A stretch of 64,000 nucleotides of DNA from Octopus vulgaris (GCA_951406725.2 OX597816.1:128588001-128652000), one strand, 5' to 3'. Positions 36,388 to 49,175 are shown, counted from the first letter of the stretch. The notes: generated by a model not told the origin, from the letters alone. Made by a program: numbers and translations.

Positions 36388-39272
36388 TCTTTTTTTTTCT
36401 TCTTTCAAATTTGCTTCCATTTCTTGCCGAGTGTCTTCCCGACTCCTTGGGCAAAGAAACTCATAGTATACATTGGTAGGCCATTAAACCAAACTCAATA
36501 GTTCATTCATTTTTTTAATTTTTTTAAGTTAAATTAAAATACATGAGCAGCAACAGTTCTCACATCGACAATGCTCTTCTCAATACGTGTGATGTACCAG
36601 TTAAGACAATCTTTTGCACTTCTTGCAGGGATGGTAAGCCAGGGATCATTCTCATATAATTTTCGGTTCCCTTCTTGATCATTCCTAGTGCTCCTATGAT
36701 CACTGGTATTGTAAACGCCTTGAGATGCCACATTTTCTCAATTTCAATGAGTAGGTCTTTATATTTTCTGAGCTTGTCAAACTCTTTCGCTGAGATATTA
36801 TGATCACAGGGGATGCTCTTGTCGATCAATAAGCAAACTTTATTGTTTTGGTCTTTCACAACAATATCTGGTTTATTGGCCTTGATGGTTCGGTCTGTAT
36901 GTACTGGAAAGTCCCACAGAATGGTTACATTTTCTCCTTCAGTTACAGCCTCAGGGTGGTGATTATACCACTTGTCGGCAGTTTTGATATTGTAATGCCG
37001 ACTTATTAGCCAGTGGAGATATTGGCCAACTCTGTCATGTCTTAATTTATACTCCACTGGTGCTAAGACTTTACATCCAGAGATTAGGTAGTCCACTGTT
37101 TCAATCATGTCGTTGCAGAATCGGCATTTTGAGTCCGCACCATTTTTCATCACATTGGCCTGGTAGTTCCGGGTTAATAGGCTTTGATCTTGAGCAGCCA
37201 GGATGAAACCTTCGCTCTCTGCTTTTAGCCCTGAGCTCCGTAGCCACTGATGGGTTTGCTTCTGGTCAACATCAGCTTGTTTGCTGCGGGTCACATATTT
37301 GCCGTGCAGAGGTTTCTCCTCCCACCTATCAGCCAATTGCTCGTGCGCTTTTTTCATTGCCATCATTTCCACCTTCTTTGCAACAATAGTTGCCGTACTT
37401 CCCTCGGGTTGTTCAGTTTGGGTATCCTGCACGAGATCAATAGCAAATTTTTTGCTTTCCTTTATGATAGAATGAAGCTTCTTTCGTCTCTCGTGATTTT
37501 CCATGAGCTTTAGCATCCAGTCATTCGATATTTTGAGATATTTGGCCAGTCCAATTGTGGTTGTTTTGTAAGCTAGTTCAAATTGGATCAGGCCTCGACC
37601 TCCTTGGGCTCTGGGAAGGTAAAGACGATCTACGTCTACCTTTGGGTGGTGCATCCTATTACAACTCAGCAGCTTGCGTATTTTCCTATCTATATTCTTT
37701 ACTTCACTCATATTCCAGTTCAACACATTGTAGCTATAAGTAACAACTGGAACTGCTAAGGAATTTATAGCTAACACCTTGTTACGTGCATTTAGTTCAG
37801 ATTTCAGGACTGCACGAACTCTCCTATAACATTCCTTCCTGATCTTCTCTTTCATGCTTGCATGCTGAATACCAGAGCCTTCATTTATCCCTAAATATTT
37901 GTATGTTTGTTCTTGCTCAAGCTCTCTTATGACTGTGTCAACATCTAACACGACTGAATTTGTGGTCTTCACTTTCCCTTTCTGGAAAGTGGCCTTAGCA
38001 CACTTCTCAAGTCCAAACTCCATCCCGATGTCATCGCTGAATGCTTTCACGGTGCGCAATAGGCCTTCAAGTTCATTATTGTCTTTACCATAAAGTTTTA
38101 AGTCATCCATATAAAATAGATGGCTTATTTTTTTATTGGCAATTTTATACCCATACCCTGTTCTGTTTAATTCACTTGTAAGGGGTATTAGGGCTATGCA
38201 GAATATTAAAGGTGAAAGTGAGTCACATTGAAAAATTCCACAGTTGATGTTTATATTTTCTGAGGCAAGTACTCCATTAGAGTGGTATAATTGGAGATTC
38301 GTATTCCACAACGACATATTGTGCTTCAGGAAGTTTGAAATCACAGGGGAAATTTTGAAGATGTCCAGCGATCTCAAGATCCATGGATGCGGTATACTGT
38401 CGAAGGCCTTTTTATAGTCAATCCATGCGGTGCTGAAATTTCTGCGCTTGTTGTGACAGTTCTCAAGGATCATACGATTGATTAGCAGTTGATCTTTGCA
38501 TCCGTAAGAGCCTCGGCGGTACCCTTTTTGTTCAATGGGGAAAATATCGTTCTTCTCCATGAATGCATATGTTTTCTCCGCCAGGATAGATGTTAGGATT
38601 TTATACGTGGTGGATAGACAGGTTATAGGCCGATAGTTTTTTGGAAGGTTGGTTTCGTTATTCTTTGGGAGTAGGTAAGTAATGCCACTTGCTAACCATT
38701 CAGGTGTTTTCTTTGGGTCTCTCATAATTCCATTGAGCAGCTGAACTAGCTTACCGTGTGCGCATGGGAGCGATGCGAGCCAGAAATGCGGCACCCTATC
38801 TTTACCGGGGGATTTCCAATTATGGGCCTTCGTGAGTGCCTTTCTTAGGTCTGCTATTGTGATGTCTTCCCATGCTTGTTGTTGTAAATTTTGGTAGGAT
38901 CCTTCAGTTTGTATAATCCAGTCTGCATTTATGTTGTACGTCTTCTTGTCACTCCAAATCCTTTTCCAAAAGTTTTGAACTTCTTCCATGGGAGGGGGTC
39001 TTTAACGGTTACTTTCTCCTTCCCTATTTCTCTGTAGAATTTTTTGGCATTGGATATGAACAGCTTATTTTGCTTGTAAAACTTGTTTCTCTTCTCAAAT
39101 CTTCGTATTCTTTGGGCTTTTGCTTGGACTTTTTGTTTCAGCGTTTCTTTTATAGATATCAGTTCTTCTCTTGGTGAGGATCCAAATTTTCTCTTCATCT
39201 TTCTTCCTGTTCTGGATCTTACATCATTTCTACATATTATTTCATTTAATATTGATATTTCCCCTCTCATAA
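36388..39272 (-). mobile_element. 5'-truncated Dong/R4-clade non-LTR retrotransposon inserted in (TAA)n
   Basis: A-rich 3' end abuts (TTA)n 36353-36387; 5' truncation abuts (TTA)n 39273-39327. Confidence 0.9.
36560..38989 (-). CDS. reverse transcriptase plus CCHC zinc knuckle plus restriction-like endonuclease; N-terminal part in ORF 38929-39270 via one frameshift
   Basis: NYRPITCL, WIDYKKAFDS, GIFQCDSLSP, YMDD, YKYLG, CRFC..ETVDYLISGC, RHD, KPDIVV..CLLID, KYKDL. Confidence 0.92.
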   Translation of the reverse strand: MEEVQNFWKRIWSDKKTYNINADWIIQTEGSYQNLQQQAWEDITIADLRKALTKAHNWKSPGKDRVPHFWLASLPCAHGKLVQLLNGIMRDPKKTPEWLASGITYLLPKNNETNLPKNYRPITCLSTTYKILTSILAEKTYAFMEKNDIFPIEQKGYRRGSYGCKDQLLINRMILENCHNKRRNFSTAWIDYKKAFDSIPHPWILRSLDIFKISPVISNFLKHNMSLWNTNLQLYHSNGVLASENININCGIFQCDSLSPLIFCIALIPLTSELNRTGYGYKIANKKISHLFYMDDLKLYGKDNNELEGLLRTVKAFSDDIGMEFGLEKCAKATFQKGKVKTTNSVVLDVDTVIRELEQEQTYKYLGINEGSGIQHASMKEKIRKECYRRVRAVLKSELNARNKVLAINSLAVPVVTYSYNVLNWNMSEVKNIDRKIRKLLSCNRMHHPKVDVDRLYLPRAQGGRGLIQFELAYKTTTIGLAKYLKISNDWMLKLMENHERRKKLHSIIKESKKFAIDLVQDTQTEQPEGSTATIVAKKVEMMAMKKAHEQLADRWEEKPLHGKYVTRSKQADVDQKQTHQWLRSSGLKAESEGFILAAQDQSLLTRNYQANVMKNGADSKCRFCNDMIETVDYLISGCKVLAPVEYKLRHDRVGQYLHWLISRHYNIKTADKWYNHHPEAVTEGENVTILWDFPVHTDRTIKANKPDIVVKDQNNKVCLLIDKSIPCDHNISAKEFDKLRKYKDLLIEIEKMWHLKAFTIPVIIGALGMIKKGTENYMRMIPGLPSLQEVQKIVLTGTSHVLRRALSM

Positions 39273-39327
<55 letters not shown>

Positions 39328-39442
39328 GAAAGAGATAGAAAATTAATTTTAACTATTTATCTCTCACTCTCACTTTCTCACTATGTTTCTCTTTCTCTCT
39401 TCCTCTCTTTCTCTCTATGACTGACTCTCTTTCTCCCTCTTT

Positions 39443-39480
39443 CTCAGACAAAGAATCATTTAGTCATGAAACATCAGAGT
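39443..39480 (+). ncRNA. very degenerate hammerhead-like relic
   Basis: 3' half GAAA-ca-UC-agag present; 5' core CAGACAA departs from CUGANGA. Confidence 0.15.
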
Positions 39481-40364
39481 TCTCTTATCCATTTTACAGT
39501 GTAATTTTTGCTAATGCAGTATGCTACCAGTTTTTCCAGGCAGTGTTTTTTGTTGTTTTTCATTTTTTTATTTATATATGAGCCACTTGTTTGGAGTTTG
39601 AAATATTAGGGCAAAACTCATCACATTAAACACGTCGACCATGGGAGTAGTAAATAAGAATATATGTTTAGCTCAAAAGTAGTAAATATGCTGGCCATGA
39701 AAATTTAGATACTGAAAATTTGTGGATTTATAATTCAAACATCACTATATAGTCCCTTTTTAATGAGAAATAAAAGAAATTAATGCCAAATTAACTACAA
39801 AACTGAGGTGCAACAGGAAACTAGAGTTGTTTACCATTACAGTGAACTAGACTGATTTATCATTTTCAAATCAAAACCTGCCAAAGATGAACTATGAATA
39901 TCAAACTTATAGCAGACAGTATTATTTCTAGGCAAAATCTTTCTCAAATAAAGGGCATTTTTCAGCAAAATTTTTCTCAAATAAAGGGCAAAATCTTTCT
40001 CAAATAAAGAGCATTTAACACTAAGCTAAAACTTAAGAAACAAACTGACTGTGTTTTGTTCTTGGCAAAAGGCCAATTTTTTAAGAAGGAATGCAATGTA
40101 ATCAATTGCATGACTCCCATATATAATTGATACTTATTTTATTGATTTGGTAAATAAAAATTAAAGTTAGCATTAGTAGGATTCGAACCCAAAAGGAGTA
40201 TTACTCTACTCTTTCATCATCATTGTCATCATCATCGTAGTCATTGTCAATAGTTAGCATCTGTTTTTCATACTGGGTTAGATGGTTTGACTGGAATTTG
40301 TAAGCCAGAGAGCTGCACCAGACTCCAGTCTTTCCTAACACCAACCACTCTCCAGATTATACCA

Positions 40365-41355
40365 GGTGCTTTTAATGTATCACCAGCATGGGTTCCTTTA
40401 ATATGTTACTGGCATGGGTGCCTTTAAAGTGTCACCAGTACAAGTGCCTATTACATGTCACTGACATAGGTGCCTTTAACATGTCACTGGCACAGATGCC
40501 TTCTACATGTCACTGGTGTGCCTTATATATCTCCCTAGCATAGGTGTCTGTAATATGTCACCAACATGGGTGCCTTTTATGTGACACCAGCATGGATGCC
40601 TTTTACATGTCACCATCACAGGTGCCTTTAATATGTCACCAGCACAGGTGCCTTTAACATGTCACCAGCACAGGTGCCTTTTTTGTGTCACTGGCATGGA
40701 TACCTTTTACATGTCCCCAGCAAGGGTGCTGTTTACATGACCCCAACACAGGTCCTTTTAATGTATCACCTGCACAGGTGCATTTATTGTGTCACTGGCA
40801 TAGATGCCTTTATTGTGTCACCAACACAGGTGCTTTTAATGTGTCACCAGCACAGGTGCATTTATTGTGTCATTGACACAGGTGCCTTTATGTGTCACTG
40901 GCATGAACACAGGTGCTTTTAATGTGTCACCAGCACAGGTGCCTTTTTTGTGTCACTGGCATGGATACCTTTTACATGTCCCCAGCAAGGGTGCTGTTTA
41001 CATGACCCCAACACAGGTCCTTTTAATGTATCACCTGCACAGGTGCCTTTATTGTGTCACTGGCATAGATGCCTTTATTGTGTCACCAACACAGGTGCTT
41101 TTAATGTGTCACCAGCACAGGTGCATTTATTGTGTCATTGACACAGGTGCCTTTATGTGTCACTGGCATGAACACAGGTGCTTTTAATGTGTCACCAGTA
41201 CAAGTGCCTTTATTGTGTCACTGGCATAGGTGCCTTTTATGTGTCACTGGCATAGATGCCATTATTGTGTCACCAACACAGGTGCTTTTAATGTCACCAG
41301 CAGAAGTGCCTTTTATGTGTCACTGGCACAGGTGCCCTTTATGTGTCACCAGCAG
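40365..41355. repeat. ~23-bp minisatellite (GTGTCACCAGCACAGGTGCCTTTTA-like) with a 265-bp higher-order duplication, inside a minus-strand RTE-tail repeat starting at ~40215
   Basis: About 40 units; ORFs 40685 and 40950 are near-identical and 265 bp apart. Confidence 0.9.
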
Positions 41356-42124
41356 CTAAAACAATATCAAGGAATAAGGAAAATATTTACAACTACCTTC
41401 TCTCCCCATCCAAAAGTATTTCTTCCCTCTTACAAGTATTTCTATACTAGTGGCCAAAGTTGAGGTCTTGTAATTGGATTGTAATCCTATTGAAGGCTAC
41501 TATAAAATATAGTGTGTTTTAGCATCAGCAAATTAGAGGAAACTTACTTACATGAAAAGAAAGCATAACACAACTAAAGACAAGCAGCAGAGAAAGAAAG
41601 TTAATTAAGGATTTAAACTTACTTAAATGACAACAATGAAACAAATAGTGAACAAAGTTGGACAACAACTAAAGAGTTAATAGAATTAAAACAATCAGAT
41701 TCGGGCAGCTGTGCCAATTTGATTACAATAAAGTATGAACATGTTCGAAATCAGAAGTAAGAATTTCTTTCTAGTCAAGTCAACTAACTCATTCGTTTTT
41801 GAAGATAATTCAATAAATTAACTAAATTTATATTTAAACAAATGAATTAGCTTCTTAATGTTTTGTTGAAATTTGTTGTTTTTATATCTAATTTCTTCTA
41901 CGAAATTTGTAAGTGGTCCAGTTTGACACAACTATTGTCTTGAACCATTCTAATATAACTACTTTCATAGTCTATAGAGATGTAGGTATAGAAAGAATTA
42001 CATCAAAAGAACTGCATCTATTATACAGAATTTGTACCTCTTTATTCACATTGCTAATAACACTGAGAAAGGCATGAACACTACAACATTTCAGTTCTCC
42101 ATTTTTTATAAGACATGCTAATAC

Positions 42125-42715
42125 ACATCATCATTATCATCTTTCAATGTCTGTTCTCCATGCTGGCATAGGCTGGACTGTCTGAAAGGAGTCGGTCAGC
42201 TTGAGGGCTGCCCAGGCTCCATGTGTCAGTTTTGGCATGGTTTCTATGGCTGGATGCCCTTCCTAACACCAACCACTTTACGGAGTGTACTGGGTGCTTT
42301 TACATGGCCCCAGCACAGGCGCTTTTAAGTGGCACCAACATCAGCACTTTACGTAGCACAAACACAGGTGCTTTTACATGGCATCAGCAGCCATGAACAT
42401 GTAAGACTAGAATCTCTTAGCTGAGAGAGGGATGTAGACGACATACCTGTATGCATGGACAGCCACGATTTTACTTAGTTTGGCATGTCTTCTCAAGCAT
42501 AGCAAACTACCAGAAGTTTCCGTCTCTTGTCATCTCTTCAGTGAGGCCCAACATCTTTCTCACCACTTTATGCCATGTCTTACTGGGTTTGCCCCTTCTA
42601 CACATTCTCTCAACAATTAGAGATCGGTACTTTTTGATGCAGCTGTCCTTATCCATATGCATCACATGACCATACCAGTACAGTCTTCTTTCAGTCTACA
42701 CCTGATGCATCTTAT
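42125..42715 (-). mobile_element. RTE LINE 3' fragment
   Basis: Minus strand ERRLYWYGHVMHMDKDSCIKKYRSL..RGKPSKTWHKVV; CAT-repeat tail on the left. Confidence 0.8.
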
Positions 42716-42859
42716 ACCCAATATATATAACGTATATATAAGTCATGATGCATGATTTCAAGTATTCTGGTAGTGCTCATAAAAAAACCTCTTTAGTTTG
42801 TCATAGCACAAACCATATAGAGTATATGGTAATATACATGAGGAAACAATAAGGAGAAT

Positions 42860-42970
42860 ATAAAGATATAAATAGTGGAGAAATATCATTATGAACTTTA
42901 CTTAACAATAGACATTGATGTTTATTGTTAAATAAAGTTCATAACATTTCTCCATCATTTATAGCTTTAT
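42860..42970. repeat. imperfect palindrome (~55-bp arms)
   Basis: ATAAAGATATAAAT..GGAGAAAT..TTATGAACTTTA..AACAATA / TATTGTT..TAAAGTTCATAA..ATTTCTCC..ATTTATAGCTTTAT. Confidence 0.85.
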
Positions 42971-43119
42971 ACATACATATATATATATATAATATATATT
43001 AATTAATAAGGGTGAGAGAATTAGATACTAATTTAATAGTATATTTATTCCACACCAAGTGGCCTAGTGCTACGAGAAACCTGGATTATTATAATATTTT
43101 ATAACATATTATAATAAAA

Positions 43120-43190
43120 TAAATATAAGAGAGTGGTCACTATATTGCTCACTCAGAGTGAGCAATATAGTGACCACTCTCTTATATTTA
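43120..43190. repeat. perfect 71-bp palindrome with 1-nt loop
   Basis: TAAATATAAGAGAGTGGTCACTATATTGCTCACTC-A-GAGTGAGCAATATAGTGACCACTCTCTTATATTTA. Confidence 0.95.
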
Positions 43191-43193
43191 TAA

Positions 43194-43249
<56 letters not shown>

Positions 43250-43288
43250 TTATTTTTAAATTAACGATCTTACCCATATATATATATA

Positions 43289-43801
43289 CTAGCAGTATCG
43301 CCCGGCGTTGCTCGGGTTTGTAAGGGAAATAACTATATAAGCATTTTTAGAGAGTTACTTTCCTTATAGATGCCAATTCGGGCTTTCTTAGCCATTTCTG
43401 TTTTGGTGTCTTCAAGCCATGAAGTCGTTGTTCTAAAAGAACGCTGGTCTCCTTGACAACGCTTTACGACGTTGATTTCCTTACACTCCCTTCCCCACAG
43501 CTTCACGAGGGAGGGAAGAAGGGGGAGAAGCAAACAGGTGCAGGTGTGACCATGGACACCAACTCCGCCACCATCGACACACGAAAAATTATACATTAAA
43601 ATGGAATAAAAAATGATGTTAAATTATTTTTAAAATCGTAGACTCATCGTAGATGCGCGCTAATAGTCAGACGGGCTTGATATGAATCACGACTATAAGA
43701 TACCTGAATTTGGTTAAACTGCACCGCAAAATGTGGGAGTAGTTAGGAATCTAAATCGAAGGGGACAGACACTCACACAACTACAGTTTTATATATATAG
43801 A
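43289..43801 (-). mobile_element. non-autonomous Helitron (513 bp)
   Basis: Minus strand A|TC...CCCGAGCAACGCCGGG hairpin...CTAG|T; first ~190 bp homologous to 32955-33160. Confidence 0.9.
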
Positions 43802-44550
43802 TGTCTTCCACAAATTACCCCCAGTGCTTCTTTAAAGTAAGGTACTTATCCTGTCATTAAGCTACAGGGGATTAAGCAAACTAAAGTTAGTTTTCCAGCT
43901 GGTGGCTGGTGTGTGACACGCACAAACACACACACGTGTGTGTGTAAGTGTGTGTTTGTGTGTGTTTGTGTGTTTGCCCTCACCACCTCTTGACAACTGG
44001 TGTTAGTTTGTTTATGTCCTAGGGTTGGTATGTGTGACTAAGCCCTTCAAGGTGGTGCTCTAGCATAGCTGTGAAAGACAAAAGATATCTGATAAATTGC
44101 AATAAATACTTTACTCTTAAATGTGTAGATTTTACTCCTTTTGCAAATTTAAAAAAAAACATTTTTATATGTGTATCAAAATTCAGCTTCCTCAGGGTGT
44201 CAGTAAACCCCCAGAAATGGTCCTTTATATGAAAAGAGGAGGCAACAACTCTTCATAGGCTGCTCATGCCATCAACAAGTATAAGAAAAAAACACTTCTT
44301 GCTTCAAAATGATTTTCACACATACAGACTCACAAGCACAAAAACACGATACACACATACACTCACACACACACACACACACTGTGCATAACATCATATC
44401 ACATCACCCCAAACACATATAATATACATAGATCATCAAAGATGCATGCTAAGGATTAATTTATAGTCATAGCTTGCTTTCCATCCATCCATTCATCCAT
44501 TCATCCAGCTATTGCAATCATCCACAACCAAATAGTTTTACAAAACAGTT

Positions 44551-44589
<39 letters not shown>

Positions 44590-44693
44590 CACTACTACTA
44601 CTACCACCACCACCACCACCACCACTACTACTAATACTACTGCTTCCATTACTACCAACACCACCACTGTTACTGCTAGTGTTGCAGCTGTTG

Positions 44694-44753
<60 letters not shown>

Positions 44754-44757
44754 ATGA
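44551..44757. repeat. compound (TAC)n/(CAC)n microsatellite
   Basis: Direct reading. Confidence 0.9.
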
Positions 44758-45069
44758 TACTGCTTTCCTGTATGACCCAAACATAGAACTTGCTTCCATG
44801 CCAAAATACACGCATCATCAATTACTTCTCTAAGACTAAACTCTGCTGGATTGACAAGACTGTTTAATAAATTCTGAGGAATACACTCCAATCCACACAC
44901 ACACACACACACACCCACACACTCACTTGCTCACTCACAGAAACATAAAAATACACACATGAACAAAACATACACACACACACACAGGGCTTACATAAAA
45001 GGAGGAAAAGAAAATGCAATATCCCATCCAAAAATCAAAGTATTTAAAAAAAATAAAAAAGTATGAAGA

Positions 45070-46541
45070 TGACTCTGGAACCTGGTATATGCATTCTTCA
45101 CTGTCTCTGGAAAGATCTTCAAGCACTTCCTTGATCTTGGCCTCCACCTCAGCCTTGGTGTTGCCAGTAGAGCATTTGATGTCTTTCTCAACCATGCCAC
45201 ACACATAGTAATCCATGGGATTACAATCAGCAGGGTTAGGAAGCCAGAAACTGAGTCTGGTGAATTCATAGAAATTCTCAAACAACCTTTTCTGACTCTC
45301 TTGAGGTTAGGCAAGGAGCAAATCCTGCTACCACACATATGGCCTTCCAGCTGCAACCCTCTCCAGCCAGTGTTTGACTGTACTCCTCATCAGCTTAGTT
45401 TGAGGTCCTGTTCAAAATTGTCTCGATGAATTCTGATAAGTAGACTGTTATAGAAGAATCCTGAACGCAAGAGTGGCTGTGTGGTAAGTAGCTTGTTTAC
45501 CAACCACATGGTTCCGGGTTCAGTCCCACTGCATGGCACCTTGGGCAAGTGTCTTCTACTATAGCCTCGGGCCGACCAAAGCCTTGTGAGTGGATTTGGT
45601 AGACGGAAACTGAAAGAAGCCCGTCGTATATATGTATATATATATATATATATATGCATCTGTGTGTTTGTGTGTGTGTGTTTGTGTGTCTGTGTTTGTC
45701 CCCCTAGCATTGCTTGACAACCGATGCTGGTGTGTTTATGTCCCCGTTACTTAGCGGTTCGGCAAAAGAGACTGATAGAATAAGTACTGGGCTTACAAAA
45801 GAATAAGTCCCGGGGTCGAGTTGCTCGATTAAAGGCGGTGCTCCAGCATGGCCGCAGTCAAATGACTGAAACAAGTAAAAGAGTATCTCCATGTGACTGA
45901 AGGTGGACTGATTACAATAAATAGGAACTGAGTGAACTGTTGGGTGAGCAGTAATTGACAGTGTTAGTTCAACTGTATTGGTTGATGGTGTTAGTTCAAC
46001 CGTAATGGTTTATGGTGTTAGTTCAATGTGTGTTGGTTTAACAGTCAGTAGTTGAACAGTGAATAATGAGTATTGTACCTACATTCAAGTAATACAGAGT
46101 GCATTCTTTATTAACATATATTTCTGCAATAGCCTATTTTTAGATAACCACAACCAACTATTTATTTGTGTAATACCATTTTACACCAGATGTCATACCA
46201 CAGACACAGTCAGAACACCTGCTGTATCCATTTCTGTGAGCCATGGGTTTGTAGTTTCCATTACAGCTGTCCGTGTCATGTCTCAGCCTTTACAGTGCTC
46301 ACAGAGCATTGAGCAGTTGTCATGATGTCAGCATTTTGATACCCAGTACAAATCTTCATGATACAGGTAACTCTTTCCCAATATTCAGATGGTTCCCAGT
46401 CCTCTACATCGTTTGAGCTTTTCTCAATTACTGCTTTAATATTTATGCTATCCAATGCCATTGACTGTTTATCAACACATTAAGCTGTTCTTGAAAAATG
46501 GAGACATAAAAACATTATCAAATTTAGCCTGAACACTTTGT
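45070..46541 (-). pseudogene. fragmented Tc1/mariner-superfamily transposon interrupted by a family A SINE and a 27-bp trimer (45961-46040)
   Basis: FWLPNPADCNPMDYYVCGMVEK (WPPxSPDxNPxDY-like) and N-terminal HTH-like NADIMTTAQCSVSTVK. Confidence 0.65.
45466..45882 (+). mobile_element. full-length, CpG-rich (young) family A SINE
   Basis: Intact A/B boxes, CACCTTGGGCAAGT core-like block, internal microsatellite, AAAAGAG tail. Confidence 0.9.
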
Positions 46542-47616
46542 ATGTATGTTTATCTTTTATTCTTTTTGTTCTTTTACTTGTTTTAATCATTAGAATGCAG
46601 CCAGGGTGTAAACACACCACCGATTACCAACACTGGTTGGTAATCGGTGGTGAGGAACAAACACAGACACAAAGACAAACATACATAGATATAGTAGAAG
46701 ACACTTACTCAAGATGTCACGCAGTGGATCTGAACCCAGAACTATGTGGTTGAGAAGCAAGCTTCTTACCACACATCCACACTTGTGCCTGCACCTACAA
46801 ATGAAAAAAAATCAATGAGTACTGGAGTTGAGTCATTCAACTAAAAAATTTTCAAGGTAGTGCTCTAGCATGGTTGCAATCTAATGAGTGAAATGAGTAA
46901 GAGCTAAAAGCTAAATGATATACCTATGTAAGAGATCGTTAAAGAAAATTCATTGTTTGAAATATCATGTCTAACACCTTGACATTGTTTCTTATTTCCT
47001 GTGCATGCAAAAAGTTAGTATGGTGGTGACCTTTCAAGCTATCAAATGTCAGAGGTCTTGAAGGAAAAGGGAAAATGACAGGGAAAAGATGGCAGAGGGA
47101 GTGAACAGAAGGAGAAAGATGAAGAGAGAGAAGACAAGCAGAGGAGGAAGAAGAGGAAGAGGTTGTTACTGTTGTATAGACTCAGCATCACATTTTACTT
47201 GTTGCTTCTCTATTCAAGACAGGGTTTATTGTTTGCATCTGGATAGGTTCTGCAATTTTCTTCAGCAATTTTATATAGGATTCTGATGTATATATTTTAA
47301 ACTTTTTATTTATGTATGTATTTATCTGTTTAGTTATTTATTTATTTTATGTGTAAGAATTCTTTTCTGAATGTTTAAAATATGATACAGTCATGTTTTT
47401 AATATGGCATGACTTTAAAAAAAGTTACTTCCCATACACACACAAACACACACATGGATGCACATGCACACACACACACACAGACATGTACATATACAGA
47501 TATAGTAAAAACAGATGTAACTACGATGATGATGATAACGACAACAATGACAATAACATACACCATACAGAAGCTTTAGTTTCCAGCAAAGGAATGAATT
47601 ATACACGTGTGCATAT

Positions 47617-47904
<288 letters not shown>

Positions 47905-49175
47905 TGAGGTCATCTCATAAGTTATATCTGAATTTTGAATAAAGAAAACAAGTGATCAAATGTTATATTTAATTGAAATTTGATCATCAATGCACTTTCC
48001 CTGATTATCTATGACTTTCTTCCATCTATTTACAAGCTTTTTAATCCCATCAATGTAAAACTCTTTTGGTTTCAAAGTGAAGAACTCTGAAATGTCAGTT
48101 TCGACCTTCTCCTGGCTTGCGAAAGCTATGTCCCTCAAATGATTCTGTAAACTATGAAACAAATGGTAGTCTGAAGGAGCAAGGTCAGGAGAATAAGGTG
48201 GATGAGGAATTTTTTCCCAACTAAGCTCTTCGATCTTCTGTGATGTTGTCTTTGCAGTGTGGGGGTCATGCATTGTCCTGATGAAATATCACTCCTTTTC
48301 GATTCACTAAAGCGGGTCTTCTTTTCTTCAAAGCTTGATTCAAATGCTCTAATTGTTGACAGTAGACTTGAACATTGATTGTTGCATTAGGCAGTAACAA
48401 TTCAAAGTGAATTACTCTTTTGCAATCCCACCAGATAGAAAAAAAGAACCTTTTTCCTATGAAGTTCCCTTCTCAGTTGTGTTTGAGCTTCTTCCCTTTT
48501 ACCAAGCCACTGTTTACAACATTTAACATTTTGATACAAGATCCATTTTTCATCACCAGTCACAAGTCGATCCAAAAAGGGTGAAATGAGTTCACAAGAA
48601 TGGAGAGAAGAGCACATGTCAACTCTGACTATTCATGAGGACCCCATTTTCCAAGTTTAGGAACCTTTCCAAGTTGTTGAAGATGACGATGAACAGTTGT
48701 ATGGTTTGAACTAAGCTTTATTGCAAATTCTTCAACTGTTAATGCAGGATTTTCTTCAAATAATGCCTCAAGGAGCTATTCATCAAACTCAACTGAACAT
48801 CCTGTTTGATCTTCATCTTCAAGGCTGAAATCTCCACTTCTGAATTTTGCATACCATCTTCTGCAAGTTCTTTCATTCAAGCATTCTTTCCCATAAACTG
48901 AGTGTATGTTTCAAGTCACTTTGGCTGCAGAGTTTTCTTTTTTGTACTCATAAAGCATTAGGTGCCTCAAATGCTCTTTGGATACTTCCATGTTAGAAGG
49001 GGTTTTAATCAAAGAAATTTTAATTCTATTATTCTGTAAAATAATATTTAATTATTTTAAATGTACACAAATGCATAAAAATAATTTTTAATTCCATTAG
49101 ACATTCTAAAATACTATTAAAATTCATTCAGTTTTAAAAAAGGTAAAATCAGACAGAACTTATAGGATGACCTGA
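47905..49175 (-). mobile_element. full-length (1271 bp) defective mariner with both TIRs and TA TSDs
   Basis: TIRs TGAGGTCATCTCATAAGTTATATCTGA / TCAGACAGAACTTATAGGATGACCTGA; ATG at 48991 (MEVSKEHLRH); WVLMN, LVTGDEKW, QDNA*P, HPPYSPDLAPSDYHLF; stops and frameshifts. Confidence 0.92.

Noticed and set aside
40659-41463. Cys/His-rich ORFs resembling zinc-finger or metal-binding proteins
   Set aside because: Translations of a ~23-bp minisatellite whose unit does not preserve frame
44474-44833. Thr-rich mucin-like ORF
   Set aside because: (TAC)n microsatellite, open in several frames on both strands; no splice or signal evidence
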